The notes: generated by a model not told the origin, from the letters alone. Positions 8,881-19,261 are shown, numbered from the whole stretch's first letter. The stretch is DNA of 58,977 nt, filler included, from 6 parts of 6 records of this genome joined end to end with filler, not necessarily neighbours in it; one strand, 5' to 3'. Program-made: numbers and translations.

Positions 8881-10938
8881 TTAACCGAAGATCAAAGAAG
8901 CCGCCGGAAGGGTGGGTGCAATCACCAATGACACCACCGACATCAATTTGATCAGAATATTCATGGCCGGTCCGGAGGTATCCTTAAATGGATCGCCTAC
9001 GGTATCGCCGACCACGGCGGCCTTATGGTTATCGGAGCCTTTTCCGCCACAGTGACCTTCTTCAATGTATTTTTTGGCGTTGTCCCAGGCGCCGCCGCCG
9101 TTGGACATAAAGAGCGCAAAAAAGGCACCCATGACGGTTGCGCCGATGAGCACGCCGGCCAAAGTTTCCTTACCCAGGAAAAAGCCCACCAGAACAGGCG
9201 TCAACACGGCGATGAGGCCCGGTTTCACCATTTCCTTCAGAGCCGATGTGGTGGCAATGGACACGCAGGTGGAGGAGTCTCCCTTGACGCCTTCCTTTCC
9301 TTCCAGGAGCCCGGGGATCTCCCTGAACTGACGACGGATTTCCTCTACAATGGAATATGCCGCTTTGCCCACGGAAGTCATGGTGAGGGCCGCACAGGTC
9401 ATGGGGACCATGCCGCCGATGAACAGGCCGATGATGACCTTTGGATTATCCAGGAGCACCTGGCCCAGATTGGCGGCCTGTGAATAGGCCACAAAGAGGG
9501 CCAGGGCCGTCAAGGCCGCGGAACCGATGGCAAATCCTTTGCCGATGGCGGCTGTGGTGTTACCCAGGGCATCCAGGCCGTCGGTGATCTTTCGGGTTTC
9601 GGGTCCCAAGCCAGCCATTTCCGAGATGCCGCCGGCGTTGTCCACAATGGGTCCGTAAGCGTCCACGGTCATGGTGGCGCCGACGGTGGCAAGCATGCCC
9701 ACCGCCGAAAGGCCGATACCGTAAATGCCGCAGGATTCATAGCCCACATATGTTGCAACACAGATACCCATAATGGGGAGCCAGGTGGACTGCATGCCCA
9801 CCGCCAGACCGGCGATGATCACCGTAGCGGAACCGGTTTCAGACTGTTCGGCAATCCGTTTGACCGGGGGGCCGGAGGTGTAGTATTCCGCCATAAGACC
9901 GATGGCGATGCCGCAGAGCAGACCTGAGAAGATGGCCCAGAAAGCACCGAAAGGCATGCCCAGTGATTTGGTGATGATGATGGTTAAAATGATGAATATG
10001 ATGGCGGCCACAAAAGTGGTGTACCGCAGAGCGCCTGCCGGTTCGCCTTTCTGAAAGATTTTGATGGAGAATACGCCGAAAAATGAGCTGATCAATCCGG
10101 CGGTGACGATCAGGATCGGCATGGCCATGTATTTCAGTTTAATGGCGGTTTCCTCCAACCCCTGAAGGACCGGGAATTCTTTCAGGAATTCAGGGGTAAT
10201 GGCCATGGTGGCACCGATGGCGATGGTGGCGATGACGGATCCCACGAAGGATTCGAAAATATCCGCGCCCATTCCCGCGATATCACCCACATTGTCGCCC
10301 ACGTTATCGGCGATGACGCCCGGATTCCTGGGATCGTCTTCAGGGATGCCCGCTTCCACTTTACCCACCAGATCGGCGCCCACATCCGCCGCCTTGGTGT
10401 ACACGCCGCCGCCCACGCGGGCGAAAAGGGCGATGGAACTGGCGCCCATGGCAAATCCATTGATATATTCGGCGGTGGAGGGATCTCCACCATACACCCA
10501 GAACCAGAACCCTACGCCCAGGAGCCCCAGGCCGGCCACGGCCAGGCCCATGACGGAACCAGAAAAATAGGAAACATTCAGGGCTTCCGGTTGGCCATGT
10601 TTATTGGCGGCTTCCGCGGTTCGCGAGTTTCCCCGGGTGGCGGCCGTCATGCCCGAAAAACCGGCCACCATGGAAGCCAAGGCGCCGGTAATGAAACAAA
10701 TGGCGGTTTTCCAGGCGATGCCCCAACCCAGAAGAATAAAGACGATACCGATAAAAACGATTAAGACGGTATATTCCCTCTTTAAAAATGTCATGGCGCC
10801 GGTATGGATTTGATCTTCCAAATCTGCCATGAGGGGATTGCCGTTCGGCTGTTTTTTGACATAGTTGTAAATCAGCCAGGCAATAATCAAACTCAGAATC
10901 CCTATAAAGGGAGCTAATGTTGTCAATCCCTGCATCAC
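8881..10938 (-). CDS. hppA: Membrane-bound pyrophosphatase, K+-dependent, probably Na+-translocating
   Basis: [49 protein letters not shown] (Ala = K+-dependent type); DIFES gate Glu. Confidence 0.95.
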   Translation of the reverse strand: MMQGLTTLAPFIGILSLIIAWLIYNYVKKQPNGNPLMADLEDQIHTGAMTFLKREYTVLIVFIGIVFILLGWGIAWKTAICFITGALASMVAGFSGMTAATRGNSRTAEAANKHGQPEALNVSYFSGSVMGLAVAGLGLLGVGFWFWVYGGDPSTAEYINGFAMGASSIALFARVGGGVYTKAADVGADLVGKVEAGIPEDDPRNPGVIADNVGDNVGDIAGMGADIFESFVGSVIATIAIGATMAITPEFLKEFPVLQGLEETAIKLKYMAMPILIVTAGLISSFFGVFSIKIFQKGEPAGALRYTTFVAAIIFIILTIIITKSLGMPFGAFWAIFSGLLCGIAIGLMAEYYTSGPPVKRIAEQSETGSATVIIAGLAVGMQSTWLPIMGICVATYVGYESCGIYGIGLSAVGMLATVGATMTVDAYGPIVDNAGGISEMAGLGPETRKITDGLDALGNTTAAIGKGFAIGSAALTALALFVAYSQAANLGQVLLDNPKVIIGLFIGGMVPMTCAALTMTSVGKAAYSIVEEIRRQFREIPGLLEGKEGVKGDSSTCVSIATTSALKEMVKPGLIAVLTPVLVGFFLGKETLAGVLIGATVMGAFFALFMSNGGGAWDNAKKYIEEGHCGGKGSDNHKAAVVGDTVGDPFKDTSGPAMNILIKLMSVVSLVIAPTLPAASLIFG

Positions 10939-10948
10939 TTCTTCCTCC

Positions 10949-11524
10949 TTAAATTGTTAATCTCCGGCAATTGATATGGTTCATTGCCGATTGGACCCCT
11001 TCCAAAACAAACAGTTCGGATGCTTTCATGGCCATCCGAATAACTTTTTCCGCGAGTTTTATTTCGTCATCATAAAAACAGTCCAGGACATAATCCGCCA
11101 CGGCCTCCCCATGGCGCGGTCTGCCGATGCCGATTTTGACCCGCGAAAATTCAGAACTTCCCAAAAGGTGAATGATGGATAAAACACCTTTATGGCCACC
11201 CGCACCGCCATTTCTGACAACCTTGATTTTACCAAGCGGCAGGTCCAGATCGTCGTGTATGACCAGCAGCCTGTCAATTTCCAGGTCGTAATGGCGGATA
11301 CAGCCCCTGACCGATTCGCCGCTCAAGTTCATGAATGTCAGGGGGCAAAGAAGAACGATTTTGTTGCCCCGATAATCAAACAGGGCATGCTTTGAGCGAA
11401 AACGAAGGTTGTCTAGGGTTACCCCAAGCGATTTCCCCCACCGCTCAACAGTTTCCAGTCCAATGTTATGCCTGGTGTGTTCGTACTGTGGCCCCGGATT
11501 CCCAAGGCCTGCAATCAGGTACAA
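10949..11524 (-). CDS. pth: Peptidyl-tRNA hydrolase
   Basis: GLGNPG..Y..TRHNIG, FMNLSG, HDDLDL, GGHKG. Confidence 0.96.
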   Translation of the reverse strand: MYLIAGLGNPGPQYEHTRHNIGLETVERWGKSLGVTLDNLRFRSKHALFDYRGNKIVLLCPLTFMNLSGESVRGCIRHYDLEIDRLLVIHDDLDLPLGKIKVVRNGGAGGHKGVLSIIHLLGSSEFSRVKIGIGRPRHGEAVADYVLDCFYDDEIKLAEKVIRMAMKASELFVLEGVQSAMNHINCRRLTI

Positions 11525-11554
11525 ATTTCCCTTTTAAGGTTCACCCCCTTTCCC

Positions 11555-12220
11555 TTATTCTTTTGATTCTTCGGCGGTTTCTTCCTCTGAACCGGCCGTT
11601 TCTTCTGTTGCTTCACCTTCTTCACCTTCAAGTTCCTCTTCCTCTTCCACGGCGCCCTTGACATTGACGACCGCCACGGTCAGGTTCCCCTCAACCATGG
11701 TTCGGATGCCTTCGGGAAGCGCAAGATCCCGAATGCGCAGTTTATCGCCGATATCCAAATGGGCGATATCCACCTCCAGCAAATCAATGAGTTTGTCCGG
11801 AAAACAGGAGATGACAATTTCCCGTCTGATCTGCTGCAGGATGCCCCCCTTTTCCGTGACCCCTACGGGAATATTTTGAAGTATAATGGGGATGGGCAGC
11901 GTCAGCTCCCGGTCGTTGGAAATTTCGTAAAAATCGGCATGTATGAAGCTGTTTTTGATGGGATCGACCACCAATTCCTTCACCATGACCTTCTTGGCCA
12001 TTTCCCCCTGGTCGGTTTCGATTGTGAGATCCAGGATGGCATTTTCACCTTTACCCGCTTTTTTAAGCTGTAAGAGATGAATATCTTGAACGGTCAGCAT
12101 AACGGGGTCGGCGCCCGGGCCGTAAAAAATGGCGGGAACCTGTTTGTTTTGCCTTAATCTTCTGGCGGCACCTTTTCCTGTTTCAGTCCTGATGCGGGCA
12201 GAAAGCGCTAGATCAGTCAT
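11555..12220 (-). CDS. rplY: 50S ribosomal protein L25/general stress protein Ctc
   Basis: GKGAARRLR..VPAIFYG, HADFY, acidic tail; GGAGG before ATG 12220. Confidence 0.95.
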   Translation of the reverse strand: MTDLALSARIRTETGKGAARRLRQNKQVPAIFYGPGADPVMLTVQDIHLLQLKKAGKGENAILDLTIETDQGEMAKKVMVKELVVDPIKNSFIHADFYEISNDRELTLPIPIILQNIPVGVTEKGGILQQIRREIVISCFPDKLIDLLEVDIAHLDIGDKLRIRDLALPEGIRTMVEGNLTVAVVNVKGAVEEEEELEGEEGEATEETAGSEEETAEESKE

Positions 12221-12301
12221 TCGTGTCTTATTACCTCCGGCATTAATAAAATTTTTCACAAAGTACGGTAGCCCGAAATATCAGGCATGTTTTCACAAGG
12301 G

Positions 12302-13258
12302 TTACACGAACAGCGTGCTAACCGAGTTGGAATCATGGACTCTCTTAATGGTTTCTCCCAGAATCTCAGCAATGGATAGATCGACAATTTTGGAGCATGA
12401 AGCGCCTGCCTCGCTCAGCGGAATGGTATTGGTGATTACCAGGCGGTCAATGGGAGAGTCTACGATTCTTTCTATGGCAGGCCCCGACAGGATTGGATGC
12501 GTGCAGCAGGCTTGAACCGCGACGGCGCCTCTTTCACTGAGCGCTCGGGCAGCCTGGGTGAGGGTTCCTGCGGTGTCCACCATATCGTCCAGGATGATGG
12601 CCGTTTTGCCTTTCACTTCGCCGATGATGTTCATGGCCTCGGCGACATTGGGCGTGATCCGCCGCTTATCGATGATGGCCAGAGACGCTGAAAGCCGTTT
12701 GGCAAAAGCCCGGGCCCGTTCAACACCCCCTGCATCGGGGGAAACGATCACCAGGTCGCCTTTTGTGTTATTCTGGATGTATTTCAGCAGGATGGGTGCT
12801 GCAAAGATATTGTCCACGGGAATATTGAAATATCCCTGGATCTGTCCTGCATGGAGATCCATGGCCACCACCCGATGGGCCCCGGCCGTGGCAATGAGAT
12901 CCGCAACCAGCTTGGCACTGATGGGTACCCGAGGTTTTACCTTGCGGTCCTGCCTGCCGTAGCCGTAATAGGGAATCACAGCAGTGATCCGTTCCGCGGA
13001 AGCGCGCCTCATGGCATCCATGATGATGAGAAGCTGCATCAGGTTGTCATTCACCGGGGTGGAAGTGGATTGTATGACAAAAACATCACGTCCTCTAATA
13101 TTTTCGCCCAGTTCGACCCGGGTTTCTCCATCACTGAATGTCTTGGCAAGAATTTTCCCGGGGTTGACGCCGAGATATTGACAGACTTCAAGGGTCAATG
13201 CGGGATTGGAAGTTCCGCCGAATAGTTTTATGTCATGGTCCAACGCCTGGGTCCTCAC
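12302..13258 (-). CDS. prs: Ribose-phosphate pyrophosphokinase
   Basis: [39 protein letters not shown]. Confidence 0.97.
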   Translation of the reverse strand: MRTQALDHDIKLFGGTSNPALTLEVCQYLGVNPGKILAKTFSDGETRVELGENIRGRDVFVIQSTSTPVNDNLMQLLIIMDAMRRASAERITAVIPYYGYGRQDRKVKPRVPISAKLVADLIATAGAHRVVAMDLHAGQIQGYFNIPVDNIFAAPILLKYIQNNTKGDLVIVSPDAGGVERARAFAKRLSASLAIIDKRRITPNVAEAMNIIGEVKGKTAIILDDMVDTAGTLTQAARALSERGAVAVQACCTHPILSGPAIERIVDSPIDRLVITNTIPLSEAGASCSKIVDLSIAEILGETIKRVHDSNSVSTLFV

Positions 13259-13289
13259 GGGTTATAATAATCGATCAGGTTTTAGATGA

Positions 13290-13317
13290 TGGCTGGGGCG
13301 GGAGGATTCGAACCTCC
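13290..13317 (-). tRNA. tRNA-Gln, 3' fragment (T arm, acceptor, CCA)
   Basis: Minus strand GGAGGTTCGAATCCTCCCGCCCCAGCCA; tRNA-Gln typically precedes prs; anticodon not visible. Confidence 0.8.
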
Positions 13318-13417
13318 NNNNNNNNNNNNNNNNNNNNNNNNNNNNNNNNNNNNNNNNNNNNTTAATTAATTAANNNNNNNNNNNNNNNNNNNNNNNNNNN
13401 NNNNNNNNNNNNNNNNN
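13318..13417. other. Artificial contig spacer
   Basis: N44-TTAATTAATTAA-N44. Confidence 0.98.
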
Positions 13418-13440
13418 TTCAACTCCGATTCCTGGCTCCA
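13418..13440 (+). tRNA. tRNA 3' fragment, probably tRNA-Thr
   Basis: TTCAACTCCGATTCCTGGCTCCA: T loop, acceptor 3' strand ending GGC-T-CCA; identity inferred, anticodon not visible. Confidence 0.65.
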
Positions 13441-13448
13441 AGGATATG

Positions 13449-13485
13449 AAGCCTCACAGCAATTTATGTGCTGTGGGGCTTTTTT
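13449..13485 (+). terminator. Intrinsic terminator after the tRNA
   Basis: AAGCCTCACAGCA-loop-TGCTGTGGGGCTT followed by T run. Confidence 0.8.
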
Positions 13486-13583
13486 GCGACAAACGGTAAA
13501 AACACATTATTACTCTGTAATGGATGCCCCCCCTTGAGAGAATCTAATTTTTACCAAAAATTACTTGTTCTCATCATTATTAA

Positions 13584-13617
13584 ATAGAAAAGACCGACAG
13601 GGGGCACCTGTCGGTCT
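13584..13617 (-). terminator. Intrinsic terminator of the minus-strand catabolic cluster
   Basis: AGACCGACAGG-5 nt-CCTGTCGGTCT, followed on minus strand by TTTCTAT. Confidence 0.8.
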
Positions 13618-13722
13618 CGGGGGTGAGCTGTTCCAACCAAAGAGATGGAGGTGTGACTAAGAAGCACGGTTAAGGATATGCCTCTAGACAGGGGTGATGG
13701 GGGCATCACTCTTTGGGGTCAG

Positions 13723-16539
13723 CTATTTGTTGGTTGTACACTCATCAATCAGATAGAGTATATTTCGGTATGTCTTGCCACCGTGAAGAGTCAGGCCTAT
13801 CTCGCAGGTACGGGAGGTACTGTACCCTTCGGAACACCCGCGGGTGCTCTCTTTGAGAGTGCGTAATGCAGAGGCGTTGAGCTCTGGATGGGTAAAACCC
13901 TTGTCACCGGAGAATCCACAGCAGTGAATCTCTTCGGGAATGACGACTTCGGTCACACATTTCTCTGCAACCTGACGAAGGGTTTCAACCAATCCCATTT
14001 CACGGGTGGAACATGTCGGATGTAATGCAACACTCCAGGTCTTCTTGGTAAAACAAAGCTTGTCAGAAAGGAATTTCAGGACGAATTCGGCTGGCTCATA
14101 CAGATCAAGCCTTTCGTCAAGTGTCTTTCTCATGCGTGCAAGGCAGGGGCTGGTGTCACACAAAACCGGAATGCTTCCATTGCCAGTTTCACGAAGCAAA
14201 ACTTTTCCAAGCTCATCGGACTTGCGATCAGCCTGCTCGAACATCCCCTTGGTTTCAAAAGCCTTACCACAGCACAACCCCTTGGTTTTGTCCGGGATTA
14301 TTACTGTGAATCCAGCTCTCTCCAGCAACCGTAATGTCACATCGATAAGCGGCTCATTCTTGTGAACGCCATCATCTGCATAGCCCATTGTCCGAACAGC
14401 ACAGGATGGGAAGTAAACAACTTTATTTTCACCGTGTGTTTTCCTGAGAGTCGGAATCGAAGAACCGCCGGTCAATTTGATCTCACGTAAGTCAGGGACA
14501 GTCATGCCTGTAATACCCTTAACAATGGGAGCTGTCTTGGTCGCCAAAGTATGCCCCATGAGCTTGTGTGCAGCGGATGCCACGTGCAGCATGGATGAAG
14601 CCGTGCTTTCCACAAGCTTGAAATGATTGGCAACCTTGTCAGCGCGGGAAATCTCGGTTTCCGTCAGAGCTTCGTTACGCAACTTTTTCATATATCCGGC
14701 AATATCAAGACCAAGTGGGCAACGCATGGAGCACAAGCCATCAGTAGCACACAGATCGCGGCCCTTCTTATCAAACAGCTTTTGCCATGCTTCAGCTTTG
14801 GTCAGATCGCCTGAAGCCCGCAAACATGCGATGGCGCGCAGGATATAAATACGCTGACGGGAAGAGAGGCCGACTTCCTTGGAAGGACAGACGTATTCAC
14901 AAAATCCACAGTCCACACAGGTGTCAACAATCTTGTCCACCGGCCCGGCATATTTCAGATTGGTCAGATGGCAGCGCGGATCATCATTGAGAATAACCTT
15001 GGGGTTGAGCAGGTTCTCTGGATCAATGACGTGCTTGAGGTCCTGCATGACTTTATACAAATCATCGCCCCACTCCAAACGAACAAACGGTGCTACGGCT
15101 CGGCCAGTACCATGTTCGGCCTTGAGCGCTCCGCCCAATGACAAAACAACATCACCAACTTCGGCGATAAGCTCGCCCATCCTGATCAAATCTTTTTCTA
15201 CATTGAGTCTGAGCGGAATCGAGAAATGAATATTGCCGTGCAAAGCATGCCCATGCACGCCGGATTCGGTGAATCCATGCTTGGCAAGAATTTCCACGAA
15301 AGAGCTACAGGCTTGGGGCAAATTCTGAATGGGGACGCAGTAATCCTCGGAATATGCGTATTCATCAGGAGCACGGGTACCTGCAAGAATCGGGAACAAG
15401 GCACGACGAATATTCCACAAAGATTCGCAGACTTCGTGATCCATCACGAACTCGGGCTGGACAGCAACGTCCACGCCACTCAACGCTTCAAGCACGAGGT
15501 CAACGTTAGTCTTCAGCTTTTCAGCATCCTCGCCACGTGTTTCCAGCAGCAATGCGCAGCCGTCATCACCCAATCCCTGAAGGGAATTCGGAAATTCCGG
15601 CAACTGCATCAATGCACTCAACGAAACACAGTTGAGAAATTCAACGGCATACATATCACACGTCTTTTCGAGACGCAGGACGCCCTGAATCGCTTCATCA
15701 AGCGAAGTAAACCCGACCAGAGCCGTCGCACGCAAAGGTTTGAGCACACCTGTACGAATCGTGATGGAATGAATAAAGGCAAGGGTGCCCTCGGAACCAA
15801 TGATGAGATGCTGAAGCAACTCGACAGGGTCCTCGTAATCAGTAAACGCATTCAGGCTGTAACCTGCAGTGTTCCTGATGGAAAATTTACGTCTGACTTT
15901 TTCATCCATGACTTCGTCATTAAGAATCCGTTCACGAATATCGAGAAGGTCCTGAAGCATCTTAGCGTGACTTTTCCTGAAAGCGGCCACACTGGCTTCG
16001 TCTTCCGTGTTCACAGTGGTTCCATCAACCAAAGTGAAATGCAGACCTGTCATCATATGATACAAGTTTTTGTCGATGGTACAGCTCAAACCCGCTGCAT
16101 TGGTGGCTGCCATACCACCGATGAAAGCGCTGTTGACCGAGGAAGGATCGGATGTCATCAGGCGTTTGTATGGAACAAGCGCCGCATTGATATCACCACC
16201 GACAACGCAACATCCTGCGCGCACCCGCTCGCCGTCATCAAGAATTTCCAAACGCTTCCAGTGTGGACCGACAAGTCGGACGGTGACTTCTTCGGCAATA
16301 GTCTGTCCACTCACACCAGTACCTGCTCCACGAAAAGTCAAACTGACTTTATGGGCATGGGAATAACGAAGCAACGCTTCCAATTCTTCCGGGGTTGTGA
16401 CATCCACAACCGCCTTGGCAATGGGCTCGAAAGGGCTACCATCAACGGAATAAGCCTTTACCAGCAACTCTTCCGTATGAACTCTTTCTTCCGGGAACGT
16501 ATTCTTGACATCAGCAATAAATACATCAATAGGACACAT
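13723..16539 (-). CDS. FAD-binding and Fe-S (CCG) 2-hydroxyacid dehydrogenase, Dld-II/GlcD-GlcF-like fusion
   Basis: FRGAGTGVSGQ, GSEGTLAFI, KAEHGTGR, LLNPKV; CVDCGFCEYVCP and CATDGLCSMRCP; two CCG domains (GLCCG, HCCGFSG). Confidence 0.88.
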   Translation of the reverse strand: MCPIDVFIADVKNTFPEERVHTEELLVKAYSVDGSPFEPIAKAVVDVTTPEELEALLRYSHAHKVSLTFRGAGTGVSGQTIAEEVTVRLVGPHWKRLEILDDGERVRAGCCVVGGDINAALVPYKRLMTSDPSSVNSAFIGGMAATNAAGLSCTIDKNLYHMMTGLHFTLVDGTTVNTEDEASVAAFRKSHAKMLQDLLDIRERILNDEVMDEKVRRKFSIRNTAGYSLNAFTDYEDPVELLQHLIIGSEGTLAFIHSITIRTGVLKPLRATALVGFTSLDEAIQGVLRLEKTCDMYAVEFLNCVSLSALMQLPEFPNSLQGLGDDGCALLLETRGEDAEKLKTNVDLVLEALSGVDVAVQPEFVMDHEVCESLWNIRRALFPILAGTRAPDEYAYSEDYCVPIQNLPQACSSFVEILAKHGFTESGVHGHALHGNIHFSIPLRLNVEKDLIRMGELIAEVGDVVLSLGGALKAEHGTGRAVAPFVRLEWGDDLYKVMQDLKHVIDPENLLNPKVILNDDPRCHLTNLKYAGPVDKIVDTCVDCGFCEYVCPSKEVGLSSRQRIYILRAIACLRASGDLTKAEAWQKLFDKKGRDLCATDGLCSMRCPLGLDIAGYMKKLRNEALTETEISRADKVANHFKLVESTASSMLHVASAAHKLMGHTLATKTAPIVKGITGMTVPDLREIKLTGGSSIPTLRKTHGENKVVYFPSCAVRTMGYADDGVHKNEPLIDVTLRLLERAGFTVIIPDKTKGLCCGKAFETKGMFEQADRKSDELGKVLLRETGNGSIPVLCDTSPCLARMRKTLDERLDLYEPAEFVLKFLSDKLCFTKKTWSVALHPTCSTREMGLVETLRQVAEKCVTEVVIPEEIHCCGFSGDKGFTHPELNASALRTLKESTRGCSEGYSTSRTCEIGLTLHGGKTYRNILYLIDECTTNK

Positions 16540-16651
16540 AGGAACTCCTTATGAAAAGCATCGGGCGGGAGCTCCGACACTTTTCTGTACATATGAAAAA
16601 TGGTGTCTGCATCAGATTTCATTGTATGGTTTAGGCGATAACCGCCTATAA

Positions 16652-16687
16652 GGGCCCCCAGACAGAGTGCGATCCGTCTGGAGGCCC
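16652..16687 (-). terminator. Hairpin after the OFOR gamma gene
   Basis: GGGCCCCCAGAC...GTCTGGAGGCCC; second small hairpin TAGGCG-CGCCTA at 16632-16648; weak U-tract. Confidence 0.4.
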
Positions 16688-16696
16688 GCTCGCAAC

Positions 16697-17233
16697 CTAA
16701 ACGGCGTTATACCCGCATTCGAAAGCCTTCATGTTGCCGGCTTCGAATTTTTCTTTTCCTTTCTTCCTGAACATGTCGTTCATGCCCTGGATTCCGTCTT
16801 CCATGGTGAAGTCGCCTGCCAATTTGATGATGGCTGCGGCTGCGATAACGTTCGCACCACGGGGCTGTTTAATCTCCTGAGCCAAGGTGCTGCATGACAG
16901 TTTGTACACACTCACGTCGTCGCGGACGTTCACGTCACAATCAACCATGTCACTGTTGACCAGAATAATTCCACCGGGCTTAACCATGGGATAGAACATC
17001 TCGAAAGACGGACCGTTCATGGCCAGCAACAAATCAGGCTCTTCCTGAGCTGGATTGTAGATGGTGTCCTCACCATACTTGACGGTGCAGTTTGCAGTAC
17101 CACCGCGCATAGCTGAACCGTAAGAAGGAATCCATGTTGCATTCTGGCCTTTGAAAACAGCGACCTGCGACATGATCAGACCGGAAGTCAGCACTCCCTG
17201 CCCACCAAAACCTGCGTATATTATCTCACGCAT
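16697..17233 (-). CDS. 2-oxoacid:ferredoxin oxidoreductase gamma subunit
   Basis: MREIIYAGFGGQGVLTSG, WIPSYGSAMRGGTANC; ATG at 17233. Confidence 0.93.
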   Translation of the reverse strand: MREIIYAGFGGQGVLTSGLIMSQVAVFKGQNATWIPSYGSAMRGGTANCTVKYGEDTIYNPAQEEPDLLLAMNGPSFEMFYPMVKPGGIILVNSDMVDCDVNVRDDVSVYKLSCSTLAQEIKQPRGANVIAAAAIIKLAGDFTMEDGIQGMNDMFRKKGKEKFEAGNMKAFECGYNAV

Positions 17234-17234
17234 T

Positions 17235-17975
17235 CTAGTTCTCCTTCCTTTCCTTGAAGACACCCAGCGGATAGTAGGGGATAAGTTCCTCTTCGATCCG
17301 TTTCATGGAATTCAAGGGAGTCATCTTCCAGTTGGTCGGGCACGGTGACAGCACTTCAATGACTGAATAGCCTTCACCATTCAACTGTGCCTCAAGACCA
17401 TTCTTGATGTACTTTTTCAATTTATTGACATTCTTGGGAGAGGTCACTGCACCACGAGCGGCAAAAGCCAAGTCGAACTGGCTGGCGACCAACTCAGGGA
17501 ACTTGAGGGGATTACCTGTGATTTCGCAATCACGACCCAAAGGCGAAGTGGTGGTCACCTGCCCGGGCATGGTTGTCCAGCTCATCTGTCCACCAGTCAT
17601 ACCGTAGTTGGTATTGTTGATGGCGATCATGGTGAAGTTCTCGTTGCGGTAAGCCGCATTGATGGTCTCGGCAATACCGATGCTGTAAGCATCACCGTCG
17701 CCCTGATAGGCAACAATGGTGTTTTCAGGCTGAACCCGCTTCATACCGGTGGCAACTGCGGAAGCACGACCATGGGGGCAATGCAACCTGTCGGTCACCA
17801 ATCCGCCACCCAGCAGGCTGGAGCAGCCAACACCAAGGGCGAAGATAAGGTTCTGGTCCTGCCCCAACTCTTCGAGGCATTCAGTTATGAGCCTGATCAC
17901 GATGCCATGCCCACAACCGGGACAAAATGACATCGGGTTATCAATGATGGCAGGCACTTTTCTTGCTTTAGCCAT
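17235..17975 (-). CDS. 2-oxoacid:ferredoxin oxidoreductase beta subunit (ThDP-binding, Vor-like)
   Basis: FCPGCGHG, GVGCS, GDGD...NNTNYGMTGGQ, LSPCPTNW; ATG overlaps alpha stop (TAATG). Confidence 0.93.
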   Translation of the reverse strand: MAKARKVPAIIDNPMSFCPGCGHGIVIRLITECLEELGQDQNLIFALGVGCSSLLGGGLVTDRLHCPHGRASAVATGMKRVQPENTIVAYQGDGDAYSIGIAETINAAYRNENFTMIAINNTNYGMTGGQMSWTTMPGQVTTTSPLGRDCEITGNPLKFPELVASQFDLAFAARGAVTSPKNVNKLKKYIKNGLEAQLNGEGYSVIEVLSPCPTNWKMTPLNSMKRIEEELIPYYPLGVFKERKEN

Positions 17976-19036
17976 TAGTAAGCCTCCTTGATCTCGCCAC
18001 TCATAATCTTGTGCAACCCTTCCTTGGTGAATTTGATGGTGGGGATGCCATACACACAGGGAAGGCAATATGTGGACACGTTGCGATCCTTGATTGTTTT
18101 CTTGATAGTCAGAGCGACATCGTCAACGAGTTGACCGGTGGCGTTGGCTTCAACCGAGATAAGCCCCTTCACATCCTTGTTGATGTTTTCAAAGGCTTTC
18201 TCCGGGAACGGCCAGGTCGTAATAGGACGAATGAATCCGACCTTATGACCTTCAGCTCTCAATTCCTTGACCGCGCCTTGTACGGAACGTCCGGGCAATC
18301 CGAAAGCAACGAAGACGTAATCCGCATCTTCCAGCCCATCTTCTTCCCAACGCTGTTCTTCGGCCTTGATGGTCTCATGCTTCTTATTCAGTTCGACAGC
18401 TTCATCCATGGAGTTACGATCAAAGATGCCGATTTTCTTATAGGTATACTTGCCGTCAAATCCCCATGGGTGCTTTTCAGGCTCAATGAAGTCGGGCATT
18501 TCGCACGGCTCCATCATCTGACCAAGTGCGCCCTCAGTCATCATGACTGTGACGATTCTGTACTTTTCAGCCAATTCATAAGCAGTGGCCATGAGGTCGA
18601 CTGCTTCCTGAATGCTTCCGGGAGACAGAACGATGCAACGATAGTCACCGTTACCGCCGCCACGTGTTTCGCGATGGTAGTCGCACTGAGCAGAATACAA
18701 AGTACCCAGTCCGTTGCCGTATCGAACTACGTTGATGACAACGCAAGCCAATTCTTCATCAGAGATACAGGAAATACCTTCCTGCTTAAGGCTGATGCCG
18801 GGACCGGATGAAGCCGTGAGAGCGCGTACGCCACATGCGGCAGCACCCATGACCATATTGATACCTGCGAGTTCACTTTCAGCCTGGACAAAACTTGCCC
18901 CGACTTCGGGCAGACGCTTGGACAGGTATTCCATGATTTCCGTGGAAGGAGTGATGGGGTACCCTGCGTACAACTTGACGCCAGCCCTCACCGCAGCTTC
19001 GGCGATTGCAATATTTCCTTTAATCATGTCGCCCAT
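17975..19036 (-). CDS. 2-oxoacid:ferredoxin oxidoreductase alpha subunit (Vor-like)
   Basis: KGNIAIAEAA, AGYPITPSTEI, QAESELAG, TASSGPGISLKQE. Confidence 0.93.
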   Translation of the reverse strand: MGDMIKGNIAIAEAAVRAGVKLYAGYPITPSTEIMEYLSKRLPEVGASFVQAESELAGINMVMGAAACGVRALTASSGPGISLKQEGISCISDEELACVVINVVRYGNGLGTLYSAQCDYHRETRGGGNGDYRCIVLSPGSIQEAVDLMATAYELAEKYRIVTVMMTEGALGQMMEPCEMPDFIEPEKHPWGFDGKYTYKKIGIFDRNSMDEAVELNKKHETIKAEEQRWEEDGLEDADYVFVAFGLPGRSVQGAVKELRAEGHKVGFIRPITTWPFPEKAFENINKDVKGLISVEANATGQLVDDVALTIKKTIKDRNVSTYCLPCVYGIPTIKFTKEGLHKIMSGEIKEAY

Positions 19037-19261
19037 TTAGTTCTCTCCTCCAGACTCGCCTTTCTGCGAGATCTCATACACCCCGTCAGGACACATTGTG
19101 TAGCAGATGCCACACTTGATGCATTTGGCATCATCAACTTCTACAGGCCTGTAACCGGCACTGTTTAATTTGTCGGAAAAAGAGATTGCTTCATTTGGAC
19201 AGTGAGCAACGCACAGTCCGCATTCCTTGCATCTTTCTTCCTTGACTGTGATAACATCCAT
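19037..19261 (-). CDS. 2x[4Fe-4S] ferredoxin, OFOR delta subunit
   Basis: CKECGLCVAHCP and CIKCGICYTMCP. Confidence 0.93.
   Translation of the reverse strand: MDVITVKEERCKECGLCVAHCPNEAISFSDKLNSAGYRPVEVDDAKCIKCGICYTMCPDGVYEISQKGESGGEN

Noticed and set aside
13290-13440. Two tRNA fragments back to back, resembling one split tRNA or an att site
   Set aside because: They are 3' ends of two different tRNAs on opposite strands of separate contigs
15226-16554. 442-aa plus-strand ORF
   Set aside because: Antisense shadow of the FAD/FeS dehydrogenase; no recognisable motifs
17231-17237. TAG at end of OFOR beta next to gamma start, considered for recoding or fusion
   Set aside because: Gamma is in a different frame with its own AGGAG RBS; ordinary translational coupling
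18011-18811. 266-aa plus-strand ORF and similar antisense ORFs across contigs 2 and 3
   Set aside because: Lie opposite well-supported genes; typical shadow frames
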